DNA from: an uncultured delta proteobacterium
GTDB lineage: Bacteria > Myxococcota_A > Polyangia > Polyangiales > Polyangiaceae
Direction of reading: 5' to 3'
Length of the DNA stretch: 64,000 nt
NCBI GenBank assembly: GCA_963716725.1
Contig: CAVQUB010000003.1
Span: forward strand, 160,001-224,000
Under the pieces are notes generated by a model. That model was given only the letters and a program-made list of their open reading frames with translations. It did not search any database and was not told the origin of the DNA. The position numbers and the translations under genes are program-made. Of the stretch, positions 49,681 through 59,722 are shown piece by piece; within the stretch, counting starts at the first letter, position 1; each line of letters starts with the position of its first letter.

Positions 49681-49887
49681 TCGTCCGCTAGGGGCGAGAC
49701 GGCGCCGCACATAGCTCCAGCCCGAGCGCCGGTCAACACGAGCAGCGTCGGCCGGTTGACCCGAACGGTGACATAGTCATCTTTTGGCGATTTTCGTCTC
49801 CCGACTGACGCTGTTCCCTCAGGGCTCGCCAGCCCCGCCTGAAGCGCGCGAGGCCTGCATGGCCGTTCTGCTACGCGCCGGCGCGGA

Positions 49888-50085
49888 GAGCGCAAACAGG
49901 CTCTCAGGCACCTCGGCGCCGAGGTGATTCTGTGCTCCGCCGAGGGCAGCTTCGCCGAAGCCGCGAGGATCCGGGACACTCTGGCGGCCGAGCACGGCTG
50001 GTTCAACCCGAATCAGTTCTCTATCCCGCTCAAAGTCGAGTGCCACGAGCGCACCACCGGCCCGATCGGCGGTAGCCGGCGCTGA
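49888..50085 (+). pseudogene. Internal fragment of a PLP-dependent cysteine synthase (CysK-like)
   Basis: ERKQALRHLGAEVILCSAEGSFAEAARIRDTLAAEHGWFNPNQFSIPLKVECHERTTGP. No family N-terminus, no PLP-Lys region and no C-terminus. Confidence 0.7.
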
Positions 50086-50125
50086 CGCGTCGACTTCCCG
50101 GTGCTTTGCTTGGTCGCCGTCGAGA

Positions 50126-50386
50126 TCAACGAGCGAGTGTCGAGCCCGGCTCGGGCGTGCGGGTGGCGAAGAGCTCGAGGTGCCCACAGGCGACACAGCG
50201 CTTTGCGTCGATCGCCTTCGCTTCCACGCCGCTCATGCTCACACCCCCACCCGTCCGCAGCCGTTCGAGGAACCCCTGATTCGTCGTCGGTGTCCCGGCC
50301 ACCCAGACCGCCACCCACGTCTGCGCCGTCCCGGTGTCCGGCACGAACCCGTCCTCGAGAGCGCCACCGCATGCTGTGCATTTCAT
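50126..50386 (-). CDS. Small Zn-ribbon protein (CxxC...CxxC, 86 aa)
   Basis: MKCTACGGALEDGF...AKRCVACGHLELFA. ATGA overlap with the upstream gene. Confidence 0.8.
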   Translation of the reverse strand: MKCTACGGALEDGFVPDTGTAQTWVAVWVAGTPTTNQGFLERLRTGGGVSMSGVEAKAIDAKRCVACGHLELFATRTPEPGSTLAR

Positions 50387-51828
50387 ACTCCGGCCACCTT
50401 CCCGCTCCCCTCGCGCACCGCCATCACGCCCTTGCGGAACGCCGCTTCGTTCAACGGGATCATGGCGGCCTTCTTCTTCAGGCTGCGGCGCAGCACGGTC
50501 AAGAACGAGTCCTCTTCGAGCAGCTTGGCCGCTTCTTGCAGCGCGCCCAGGGCAACTACGTTCTTGACCAGCACCGCGCCCAGGCCTTGAGCGATGGCCG
50601 CGCACGGCACGCCGACCACGCGCACGCCTTCCGCCACCTTCGGCTGGTGGGAGATCACGCTCGAGTCGTAGATGATGATGCCCCCGGGGCGGACGGTCTC
50701 GGAGAACTTGTCCAGGCTCGGCGCGTTGAAGGCCACGAACACGTGGGGCGAGGGCGCCCCCGGGCTGAGCACCTCTTCGCGCGCGATGTGCACGTCGGCG
50801 TAGCTGGTCCCGCCGCGAGACTCCGGGCCGTAACTCGGGATGTGCGTGGCGTCGAAGCCCTCGTTGATGGCGGCCTTGGTCAAGAGCAACGCCACGGTCT
50901 GGGCGCCATCTCCGCCCGAGCCCGCGAGCTTGATGGAGACGTCGACGGGATCGAAGTGATCGGGGAACTTCTTGCAAAAGGTCGGCGGCGGCTCGCGCCC
51001 GGCGTCCACCACTTCGAGCAGCTGCCCGACGTCGAAGCTAGGCTTCTCCGGCCTGAACCAAACTTCGCGGCTCTCGTCCTTCACGATGCCGAGCGGGTAG
51101 ACCTTGGTGAGCACGTCCCGCACGTGCGCCTCGGAGTCTTGGCTGCTGAGTCCCCAGTGGGTCGGACATTCGGCCAGGATCTCCACGAACCCGAAGCCCC
51201 GGCCCTCGACCTGCAGCGTGAGCGCCTTCTTGATGGCGTTCTTGGCCCGCTTGCGCTGCTTCTGATCGTAGAGCGCGCAACGCTCGACGTACATGGCGCC
51301 GTCGAGGGTGGCGATCAGCTCGCTCACCTTCATCGGAGCGCCCTGCATCAACCCGCGGCCGTCGGGTGTGGTGCTCGACCACTGCCCCATCAAGGTGGTG
51401 GGCGCCATCTGCCCGCCGGTCATGCCGTAGATGGCGTTGTTGATGAACACCACGCTGATCGGGATCCCGAGCTGCGCTGCGTGGATGATTTCCGCCAAGC
51501 CGATCGACGCGAGATCACCGTCGCCTTGGTACGAGACCACGATCGACTCGGGGTTTGCCAGCTTGTGACCGAGCGCGACCGCGGGTGCACGCCCGTGGGC
51601 GGCCTGAGTGTTGCCCGTGTCGAAGTAATAGAAGAGAAACACCGCGCAGCCCACCGGCGAGACCATCACCGTGCGCTCTTGCACGCCGAGCTCGACCAGG
51701 GCCTCGGCCAGGTACTTGTGAGCCAGACCGTGGCCACAGCCCGGGCAGTAGTGCGTGCTGGCGCCCTTCAGCCCCTTGCCATGGGCGTGCCGGTCGAAGT
51801 GCTCGAAGAATGCCGATCCGCTGGTCAT
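50383..51828 (-). CDS. 2-oxoacid:ferredoxin oxidoreductase beta-gamma fusion
   Basis: HYCPGCGHG, HGRAPAVA, GDGD...NN TPP motif and YGMTGGQ, then AGSGGDG and SYGPESRGGTS. Confidence 0.92.
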   Translation of the reverse strand: MTSGSAFFEHFDRHAHGKGLKGASTHYCPGCGHGLAHKYLAEALVELGVQERTVMVSPVGCAVFLFYYFDTGNTQAAHGRAPAVALGHKLANPESIVVSYQGDGDLASIGLAEIIHAAQLGIPISVVFINNAIYGMTGGQMAPTTLMGQWSSTTPDGRGLMQGAPMKVSELIATLDGAMYVERCALYDQKQRKRAKNAIKKALTLQVEGRGFGFVEILAECPTHWGLSSQDSEAHVRDVLTKVYPLGIVKDESREVWFRPEKPSFDVGQLLEVVDAGREPPPTFCKKFPDHFDPVDVSIKLAGSGGDGAQTVALLLTKAAINEGFDATHIPSYGPESRGGTSYADVHIAREEVLSPGAPSPHVFVAFNAPSLDKFSETVRPGGIIIYDSSVISHQPKVAEGVRVVGVPCAAIAQGLGAVLVKNVVALGALQEAAKLLEEDSFLTVLRRSLKKKAAMIPLNEAAFRKGVMAVREGSGKVAGV

Positions 51829-53201
51829 TGCATCACCTCCGTGAGCGGGCGTGCGGTGTCGTAGACTTCTTGGTCCGTGGGCAAGATGCCTCCCATATGT
51901 CTCAGGTGATGGATCGGAACGCCGTGCACTCCGGCGTGGTGGAAGGCGAGCCGCATCTCGTCCTCCAGCTGACCGTCGCTGGCCTCGACCACCACGATGC
52001 GCTGCACGTGTCCGAGCAGCTTCACCAGATCGTCGATGGGGAAGGGCCAGAGCGAGATGGGCTGGAACAGCCCGACCGGTCGGCCCTCGCGTCGCAAGCG
52101 CTCGACGGCTGCCTTGGCCATGCGCGCGGGCGTGTTGCAGGCGACGACCAGCGTGCGTGCGTCTTCAGTACGGTAGCCCTTCGAGCGCTGTTCGTGCTTC
52201 TGCATCTCTCGATACTTCGCGCTCAGCTTCTCGTTGTGCTTCTCGAGATCGTTCCAGTCTTGGAAGATCGAGCTGTTGAGGTTGCCTCGGTGAGCCGCGT
52301 CTCCCCACACGGCCCAGTCGGGAAGGCCCGGCTCGACCATGCTGTCCGGCAGGTTCACGCGACCGGTGATCTGCCCGAGATAGCCGTCCGCAGCGATCAC
52401 GACGGGATTCCGATACTTGAACGCCAGATCGAAGGCCTCGAAGGTGAGATCGAGCATTTCTTGCGGCGAAGTCGGGGCCAACACGATGGCGTGCGTATTG
52501 CCGTGACCCAGGCCGCGGCACGCGAGCTTGATGTCGCTCTGCTCGGGCCCGATGAAGCCGAGCCCCGGGCCCGGCCGCATCACGTTGATGAACACGCCGG
52601 GAAGCTCGGCGCCGATCATGTAGGAGATTCCCTCGAGCATCAGGCTGAAGCCCGGCGAGCTGGTGAAGGTCATGGTCGGCAGACCGGCGCCGCCGCAGCC
52701 GTACATGTGGTTCACCGTGGCGACCTCGCTGCACGCTTGCAGGAACACGCCGCCGAGCTTGGGCAGGAGCTTGGCCAACAGCTCGGCTCCCTCGGTGGAC
52801 GGCGTGATCGGATAGCCGAAGACATGGCGACAGCCGGCGAGCAGCGCGCCGATCGCCGCTGCGTGGTTGCCCTTGAGCACCATGGGCTCGACCTTCGGCA
52901 ACGCCACGCGCCGCGACGGGATGTTCTCCGGACGCGGGCGCGGCGCTCGCTCGCCGAACAGCTGCGCCGGATGCTCGAGCTCGTAGAGCTCGTGACCGAT
53001 GCCGTAGGGCTCCGGGCACGCTGAGATACAGAGGCCGCAGTGGTTGCAGATGTCGTAGTCGATCTGCACGGGAATGAGCCCCGACGTCTGGTTGATGTCG
53101 CCCCCGGACGCGATGGCGTGCTTCGGGCACGACTCGATGCATCGCCCACAGCCCTTGCAGAGCGCGGGCGTGATGAGGACCTCGGGTCTTTCCTTGGCCA
53201 T
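51825..53201 (-). CDS. 2-oxoacid:ferredoxin oxidoreductase delta(ferredoxin)-alpha fusion (VorB-like)
   Basis: CKGCGRCIESCP and CNHCGLCISACP, then GYPITPS, TSSPGFSLM and RPGPGLG. Confidence 0.92.
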   Translation of the reverse strand: MAKERPEVLITPALCKGCGRCIESCPKHAIASGGDINQTSGLIPVQIDYDICNHCGLCISACPEPYGIGHELYELEHPAQLFGERAPRPRPENIPSRRVALPKVEPMVLKGNHAAAIGALLAGCRHVFGYPITPSTEGAELLAKLLPKLGGVFLQACSEVATVNHMYGCGGAGLPTMTFTSSPGFSLMLEGISYMIGAELPGVFINVMRPGPGLGFIGPEQSDIKLACRGLGHGNTHAIVLAPTSPQEMLDLTFEAFDLAFKYRNPVVIAADGYLGQITGRVNLPDSMVEPGLPDWAVWGDAAHRGNLNSSIFQDWNDLEKHNEKLSAKYREMQKHEQRSKGYRTEDARTLVVACNTPARMAKAAVERLRREGRPVGLFQPISLWPFPIDDLVKLLGHVQRIVVVEASDGQLEDEMRLAFHHAGVHGVPIHHLRHMGGILPTDQEVYDTARPLTEVMQ

Positions 53202-53393
53202 GTCTGCTCCCTCAAAAGCGTACGCGATGGGCACACGCCCCGCGGTTGATGCGGAGTTCGAGCCTAGCGCTGCTCACCCGGCGTGGCTCCCGCTAAAGTT
53301 GCGGTGGCCGCGCGGAGTCACGCTGCGCCCTTGTGGCACCGCGCCCGACAAGATAGCGTCGATGCGATCTTGGACGACCACGGCCCAGCGAAA

Positions 53394-54812
53394 ATGCCCG
53401 TACAGCTGGGGGACGTGCTGGTGGGAAAATACCGCGTCGAGAGCATCCTCGGGGCGGGAGGGATGGGCGTCGTCGTCGCCGCCACCCACCTGCAGCTGGG
53501 TCAGCGCGTTGCGCTCAAGTTCCTGATCCCGGAGCGGCTGGGCAACGAGGAGGCCGTTCAACGATTCCTACGCGAAGCGAGGGCATCGGCGCAGATCCAG
53601 AGCGAGCACGTGGCGCGCGTCGTCGATGTCGGGACGCTCGAGACCGGATCACCGTACATGGTGATGGAGTATCTGGTCGGCAGCGATCTGTCCCAACTCT
53701 TGGCGCAGAACGGCTGCTTCCCGATCGCGGACGCCGTCGACTACCTGCTCCAGGCGTGCGTCGGGGTTGCCGAAGCCCACGCGCTGGGGATCGTGCATCG
53801 CGATCTGAAACCCGCGAACCTCTTCGTCGCTCGTCGCTCCGACGGCGCGGGCATCGTGAAGGTCCTCGACTTCGGCATTTCAAAGGCAGCAGCCACGGAC
53901 GACCAGCAGGCCGCGCTGACCAAGACATCTGCCTTGATGGGGTCACCGCTGTACATGGCGCCGGAGCAGATGAAGGCGTCCCGTTCCGTGGATTCGCGCG
54001 CCGACATTTGGGCGCTCGGGGTGGTCCTTTACGAGCTCGTCGCTGGGCGCCCCCCGTTTACCGGCGACACGCTACCGGAGGTCTGCGCCGCCATCCTTGC
54101 GGCAACTGCCCAGCCGCTGTCGACGCTCCGACCAGACGTGTCCGCGGAGTTCGAGAGCGTGGTGTCACGCTGCCTCGAGAAGGAGCCGGAAGAACGCTTC
54201 GCAGACGTCGTCGAACTGGCGTCGGCGCTGCTGCCGTTCGCGGGCAAGCGCTCGCACGTCTTCGCCGAGCGAGCTTCCCGGGTGTTCGCCGCGCATGGCA
54301 TGACGACCACGGCGACCGGCATGGGACCGGCCCCGTCGACTGTTCCGCGGCCGGCGCCTCAGCCGGCCAGCTCCGGGACCGTGGTTTCTTGGAGCGAAAC
54401 GCAGCCGCAACCGCGGTCGTCCCGGGGACTTCTGGTCGCTACCGTCGTTGGTGCGGTCGCGGTCGCGGGTGTGGGTGTCGGCTGGGCGGCGCTTCGCCCC
54501 GCCGCATCGGCCGCAGCGTCAGGCAGCGCTGCGCCGACCGACACCGTGCCTGCGCTGCGGAGCGCATCCCCAACCCGAACCTCCGCCCCCACAAGTTCGT
54601 CGGAAGTACCGCCAGCGCCTGCCCTCAGTGCGTCCGCTAGCGCCGCAGTGCCCAAGGAGCGGCCCGTGCCGAAGAAGGAAGCCACCCGCAAGGCCGAACC
54701 ACAGCACGCTGAAGCTGCCAAACCGAAGCCTGGGGTCTCCGCGGCACCGACGCCCGCGCCAACACCTGCCCCAACCGTCAAGAAGAGCCCGCTGAGTGTG
54801 GATATCAAGTGA
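53394..54812 (+). CDS. Membrane Ser/Thr protein kinase
   Basis: LGAGGMG, VALK, HRDLKPAN, DFG and YMAPE, then a TM helix and Pro-rich tail. Confidence 0.95.
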   Translation: MPVQLGDVLVGKYRVESILGAGGMGVVVAATHLQLGQRVALKFLIPERLGNEEAVQRFLREARASAQIQSEHVARVVDVGTLETGSPYMVMEYLVGSDLSQLLAQNGCFPIADAVDYLLQACVGVAEAHALGIVHRDLKPANLFVARRSDGAGIVKVLDFGISKAAATDDQQAALTKTSALMGSPLYMAPEQMKASRSVDSRADIWALGVVLYELVAGRPPFTGDTLPEVCAAILAATAQPLSTLRPDVSAEFESVVSRCLEKEPEERFADVVELASALLPFAGKRSHVFAERASRVFAAHGMTTTATGMGPAPSTVPRPAPQPASSGTVVSWSETQPQPRSSRGLLVATVVGAVAVAGVGVGWAALRPAASAAASGSAAPTDTVPALRSASPTRTSAPTSSSEVPPAPALSASASAAVPKERPVPKKEATRKAEPQHAEAAKPKPGVSAAPTPAPTPAPTVKKSPLSVDIK

Positions 54813-54831
54813 AGCCCCGAGGTCGCCCCTG

Positions 54832-55860
54832 ATGAAATGTCTTTCCCGTCCGCTATCGCAGTTGGTCACGACTTGTGTCGTTCTGCACGCGTCGATTGCC
54901 GCAGCGCAGCCAGACCCGCCTCCACCCCCGCCCACGGAAGAGCCGGCCCCCGCGCAGGCTCCGTCGCTGTCCGAGTCACTGACCGGTCCGGCGAAGGCGA
55001 GTTACGAGGAGGGTCGCATCCTCTACGGCGAGGGCGACTTCGCAGGGGCATTGGTCAAATTCAGCGCGGCGCACGAGCAATCGAAGGATCCCAGGCTGCT
55101 GTGGAACATGGCGGTCTGCGAGAAGAACTTGCGCCGCTACGCCAAGGCGCAGCAACTCGTCGAACGCTACATCCGCGAAGGCGGCAGCGTGCTCACGGAC
55201 CAAGACCGCATCGACGCCGTCGCGTTGGTACAAGCGCTAAAACCCTACGTGACGGCGGTCACGGTCGAGGTCGATCAACGCGGGGCCGAAGTCTCCGTCG
55301 ATGACGAGGCCGTCGGCACCTCGCCCCTCGCCGAACCGCTGCGCCTGAACGTGGGTGCACGACGGTTCAAGGTGTCGAAGCCCGGGTTCAAGGACCACAT
55401 CGAGTCGCGCACCATCGCTGGTGGGACCGACGCCCGCATTTCCGTCAAACTCCTGCCGCTCGTCAGAGAAGGATCCGTTCGCGTGAGTGCGGACTCAGAT
55501 GCGCGGATCAGAATCGACGGCAAGCTCGTCGGCCGCGGCCGATACGTGGGCAAGCTGCCCAGCGGAACCCACTTTCTCCGAGTTGAAGCGCCGGGCAAGC
55601 AGCCCTACGACAGCGACTTCGTGGTCGAGGACGACCGGACCGCTAGCCTGCGAGTAACGCTGGAGTCCGACCGCCCCTTGCGAGCCGCGGAGGGTGGCGG
55701 CGTTCCGACCTGGGCCTGGCTGGTGGGCAGCGCCGTGCTCGCCGCAGGGCTCGGCGCCGGCGGATACTTCTTGTTGAAGCCGGAGCCCGAGACGGCTCCT
55801 CAGCCCGCGTCCGGCAGCATGGACCCCGGGCGTGTCCACGTTCAGTTCTGGAGGCGATGA
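54832..55860 (+). CDS. TPR + PEGA domain protein
   Basis: Signal peptide, TPR-like helices, GAEVSVDD..VGTSPL and C-terminal TM. Confidence 0.85.
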   Translation: MKCLSRPLSQLVTTCVVLHASIAAAQPDPPPPPPTEEPAPAQAPSLSESLTGPAKASYEEGRILYGEGDFAGALVKFSAAHEQSKDPRLLWNMAVCEKNLRRYAKAQQLVERYIREGGSVLTDQDRIDAVALVQALKPYVTAVTVEVDQRGAEVSVDDEAVGTSPLAEPLRLNVGARRFKVSKPGFKDHIESRTIAGGTDARISVKLLPLVREGSVRVSADSDARIRIDGKLVGRGRYVGKLPSGTHFLRVEAPGKQPYDSDFVVEDDRTASLRVTLESDRPLRAAEGGGVPTWAWLVGSAVLAAGLGAGGYFLLKPEPETAPQPASGSMDPGRVHVQFWRR

Positions 55861-55863
55861 ATC

Positions 55864-57351
55864 ATGACACACCAGTTCTCCCGTTGCTCCCGCGTCGCAG
55901 TCTGGAGTGCGTTGATCGCGAGCGGATTGATGGTCGGCGCCTGTGAGGCCGAAAAAGAAGAGCCGTCTGGATCGCTCATGCTGACCTTCCAGACGGACAT
56001 GGCGATCCCCAAGGATATCGACGCCGTCTGGATCGAGGTGACGAAGAACGGCGTCATGGTCTTTAGAAATCGCTACGACGTCGGTCCCAGCGGCGTGAAG
56101 ATCCCGTCGACCCTCGCCGTCGTCGCCGATCCCGGCAAGTCGCCACGGGTAACGATCCGCGTCGTGAGCGAGCGCTTGGCGGCGGTGCGAACGCTGCGCG
56201 AAGTCATCACGACGATTCCACCGAGTCGAACCGCGATGCTACGCATCCCGCTGCAGTGGCTCTGCGACGGATCGGGTCAACAGGTTCCGAACACCAATCC
56301 GCCTCAGTTCATGAACAACTGCGCGGGTAAAGAGACCTGCATCGCAGGCACCTGCGCGTCGTCTGAAGTCGACTCGGCGGCGTTGCCGGAATTCCGCATC
56401 GGAGACGTCTACGGCGGCGGCAACGGCGACGGCTCTGGCACTTGCTTCGACACGGTCAAGTGCTTCGAGGGCGGCTACGAGGTGCCGGTCGATCTCGGCA
56501 CGTGCTCCATCGACGAAGCCTCGGTCGGCGATGGCACGAGCGGAGGAGCAGACCTGAACGTCGCGATGGTGCTGCCGCCCAGCGGCGATGGCATCTGTGA
56601 TGCGGGCAAATGCTGGGTTCCCCTCGACGCCGACGGAGAAACCGGTTGGCGGAAGGAGAACGGTCGGATCGCTCTGCCCCGGGCGGTCTGCGAACGACTC
56701 GACGCCGGCGCGGTGCAAGCGGTCGCTGTGACGACCGCGTGTTCGACCAAGACGTCCAGGATCCCAACCTGCGGACCTTGGTCGAGCGTGAGCGGCAACG
56801 GAGGCGCGGGGGGCGCAGGCCCGGGCGACGCGGGCACCGACGGCACCGACGTGCCAGGCTGCGGGGCCGATAGCTGCAGCGCAAAGCTCTTCTGTTGCGA
56901 GGGGGGCTGCAAGGACCTGCAGTCGGATCCAACCCACTGCGGCGCTTGCGGCAATCCGTGCGGTTTCGAGCAGAATTGCGTCGCTGGCAAGTGTACCGGC
57001 GGCGGCATCAAGTGCTTGCCGCCGGGGCAAGACTGCAGCGGCGACGGCCAGACCTGCGGCGTGTGCGCGGATCCTTGCGTGGGCTGCGACATCGTCACCT
57101 GCGTCAGCGGCAAGTGGACGACCACCGCAGTGCCGCCCGATGCAGGCGCGTGCGGCAGCGGCGGCGGCGGCGGCAGCGGCGGCGGCAGCGGCGGCGGCTC
57201 GGGTAACGCCGGCGGCACTGGGGACGCGGGCCTGAGCTGCGAGCCCGGCGCCTGTCCGCCAGGGCCGAGCGGGTCGGTGACTTGCTGCGTCTCGATTTTC
57301 GGCCCGTGCGGCTTCAACTTCCAGAAGGGCGGCGGCTGCCAGGTGCCCTAA
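55864..57351 (+). CDS. Cys-rich lipoprotein
   Basis: VGAC lipobox, DPTHCGACGNPC motif and Gly-rich linkers. Confidence 0.8.
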   Translation: MTHQFSRCSRVAVWSALIASGLMVGACEAEKEEPSGSLMLTFQTDMAIPKDIDAVWIEVTKNGVMVFRNRYDVGPSGVKIPSTLAVVADPGKSPRVTIRVVSERLAAVRTLREVITTIPPSRTAMLRIPLQWLCDGSGQQVPNTNPPQFMNNCAGKETCIAGTCASSEVDSAALPEFRIGDVYGGGNGDGSGTCFDTVKCFEGGYEVPVDLGTCSIDEASVGDGTSGGADLNVAMVLPPSGDGICDAGKCWVPLDADGETGWRKENGRIALPRAVCERLDAGAVQAVAVTTACSTKTSRIPTCGPWSSVSGNGGAGGAGPGDAGTDGTDVPGCGADSCSAKLFCCEGGCKDLQSDPTHCGACGNPCGFEQNCVAGKCTGGGIKCLPPGQDCSGDGQTCGVCADPCVGCDIVTCVSGKWTTTAVPPDAGACGSGGGGGSGGGSGGGSGNAGGTGDAGLSCEPGACPPGPSGSVTCCVSIFGPCGFNFQKGGGCQVP

Positions 57352-59108
57352 AACTGGAAGTACACGAATGGAACCGCGTCTGCGGAAGCCATGGCCCTGA
57401 GCGCGAGCCCCACCACGAAGAGCGCCATCGCCTGGGCCGGCGCGGGCATCTCGCTGAAGATTTTCTGGGAGCCTTGGTACCAGCGCTCCGGTGTGAAGTG
57501 CGAGACGAGCCCCAGCAGCAGCACCCCGACGATCGGCGCCGGCAGGTTCGGGTGATAGGTGGTGAGCGTGGCGAGTTGCGTGAAGACAGTCGCGGCCTTG
57601 GCGAAGGTCTCGGCCCGGAAGAAGATCCACGCGGCGCACACCAAGTGGAAGGTGCCGAACACCGCGAGCCCGTGGGCCCAGAAGGCGCGCTGCTTGGGCA
57701 CGTCTAGCCGTTCGCGCCACTCGGTGTAGGCCCGCGTGAGCGCGAGCGCGACTCCGTGGATGCCGCCCCACACCACGAAGGTCCAGTTGGCGCCGTGCCA
57801 AAGCCCGCCGAGCAACATCGTGAGCATCAAGTTCACGTAGGTGCGGACCTCGCCTTTGCGGTTGCCGCCCAGGGGCAGGTACAGGTAGTCGCGCAACCAG
57901 GTCGAGAGCGAGATGTGCCAGCGCCGCCAGAAGTCCTGAATGTTGGGGGCCTTGTAGGGCGAGTTGAAGTTGAGCGGAAAGCGCACGCCGAGCAGCAGCG
58001 CCGAGCCGATGGCGATGTCGGTGTAGCCCGAGAAATCGCAGTAGATTTGCACCGCGTAGCCGAGCACCGCGGAGTAGCACTCCAGGGCTGAGTACTGCGT
58101 CGGCGCGTCGAACACACGATCGACGAGGTTGAGCGCCAAGTAGTCGCCGATGGCCATCTTCTTGACCAGGCCGGTGGCGATCAAGAAGAGCCCCTCGCTG
58201 CCCTCGGCGCTGTTCCAGCGGGCCGGACCCGCGAGCTGCGGCAAGAGATCCCGGGGCCGCACGATGGGACCCGCGACCAGGTGCGGAAAGAACGCCACGA
58301 AGGATAGGTACTCGACGTAGCTCTCGTGCGGCTCGATCTGCCGCCGGTAGACGTCGATCACGTAACTCATGGACTCGAAGGTGAAGAAGCTGACGCCGAT
58401 AGGCAGCGCGATGCGAAGCGTGACCTCGGGCACCTGCACGCCGACGCTCGACAGCACCGCGCTGGCCGAGTCGATGCCGAAGTTGAAGTACTTGAAGATG
58501 CCGAGCACCCCCAGGTTCAAGATCACGGTGCCGACCAGCCAGGCCTTGCGGCGCTGCTCGGACTTGGCCCGCGCAATGGCGTGTCCCAAGAGCCAATCGA
58601 CGGTGGAGGATCCCCAAATCAACGGCAGGAAGCGCCAGTCCCAGTGCGCGTAGAACACGTAGCTCGCGCCCAGGATGAACAGCAGGCGCACCTTCTTGGC
58701 GCGCACCAGCGCGTAGAGCGCCAGGCCGGCGAGCACCACGCCAAGCGTCGACAGCGGCGCGGTCTGCGGAACCGGGAGCCCGATGCTGGCGAGGCCGAGC
58801 GTCAGCGGATCGCGACCGAAGTCGCGAAAGGTGAGCCAGGCGAGCGCCGCGAAGTTGATCACGACGGACGCGGCGGCGATACGCGAGCGAGGCAGCGTGT
58901 CGTTGGACTCGCGACGGCAGAGCGCGACGGTGAGCACGAGCGCGATGGCGCCGACGCCGATGCCGTGCAGCGCCGGAGGCCGGAAGAGCGCATAGCCCGC
59001 GACGCCGAACCAAGGCAATAGTGGCGCCCAGCGACGACTGACCAACACCCAGGCCACCGCGAATACGAGGGCAAAGAACTTCGCGTAGGCGAGGGTGTTG
59101 AAGAGCAC
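57348..59108 (-). CDS. MBOAT O-acyltransferase (AlgI-like)
   Basis: MLFNT start, LPIGVSFFTF, FFPHLVAGPIVR, DFSGYTD, FWRRWHISLSTW, GLWHGA and FVYFQF. Confidence 0.93.
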   Translation of the reverse strand: MLFNTLAYAKFFALVFAVAWVLVSRRWAPLLPWFGVAGYALFRPPALHGIGVGAIALVLTVALCRRESNDTLPRSRIAAASVVINFAALAWLTFRDFGRDPLTLGLASIGLPVPQTAPLSTLGVVLAGLALYALVRAKKVRLLFILGASYVFYAHWDWRFLPLIWGSSTVDWLLGHAIARAKSEQRRKAWLVGTVILNLGVLGIFKYFNFGIDSASAVLSSVGVQVPEVTLRIALPIGVSFFTFESMSYVIDVYRRQIEPHESYVEYLSFVAFFPHLVAGPIVRPRDLLPQLAGPARWNSAEGSEGLFLIATGLVKKMAIGDYLALNLVDRVFDAPTQYSALECYSAVLGYAVQIYCDFSGYTDIAIGSALLLGVRFPLNFNSPYKAPNIQDFWRRWHISLSTWLRDYLYLPLGGNRKGEVRTYVNLMLTMLLGGLWHGANWTFVVWGGIHGVALALTRAYTEWRERLDVPKQRAFWAHGLAVFGTFHLVCAAWIFFRAETFAKAATVFTQLATLTTYHPNLPAPIVGVLLLGLVSHFTPERWYQGSQKIFSEMPAPAQAMALFVVGLALRAMASADAVPFVYFQF

Positions 59109-59205
59109 GAGGGGCCCCCCTACCACGGCCCGACCGAGGACTGGTGCTCGGGCCGCGCGCGTCGGGGTTGACGACCGACCGCGCGAGGAGAACCTTATCG
59201 CCACC

Positions 59206-59718
59206 TTGCTCAAGCGTGTTCTGTTCGGTCTGCTCAAGGGCGCCCTGGTCGGCGGCCTGCTCGGCGCGGCGGTGGTCTTCGGCCTCGGCATGCCGGTGTT
59301 CGCGGCGTGGCTGGCCTATGTCGCCGGCGCGCTCACCGGCAGCCTGACCGGCCTCATCGCCGGCAAGGGCATCTGGGAGAAGGATGCGCGCATCGAGGCC
59401 GGGCTCAAGGCCACGGTGGGCGCGCTGATCGGCGTGGGAGCGATGTTCGCGATCCGCAGGTGGCTGAACGTGAGCGTGGACCTCGGTGAGCTGGGTCGCG
59501 GCGTCGTCGGCGATCTGCCGATCGCGAGCCTGCCGATGATCGCCACTGCGCTCGCGCTGTTCTACGAACTGGACAACACCGGGACCTCGGACCCGGAAGC
59601 TCCCGCGCCGAAGACTCGCGTCGACACCAGCGCGGCCCCGGACGACAGCGCAGCGCTGGAGTCCGCGCTCGACGACGAAGCCGAGGTCGAGGCCTCGCGC
59701 AAGGCTACCCGGCACTGA
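59206..59718 (+). CDS. Hypothetical membrane protein
   Basis: TTG start after AGGAG, about 4 Gly-rich TM segments and an acidic tail. Confidence 0.72.
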   Translation: MLKRVLFGLLKGALVGGLLGAAVVFGLGMPVFAAWLAYVAGALTGSLTGLIAGKGIWEKDARIEAGLKATVGALIGVGAMFAIRRWLNVSVDLGELGRGVVGDLPIASLPMIATALALFYELDNTGTSDPEAPAPKTRVDTSAAPDDSAALESALDDEAEVEASRKATRH

Positions 59719-59722
59719 GTCC

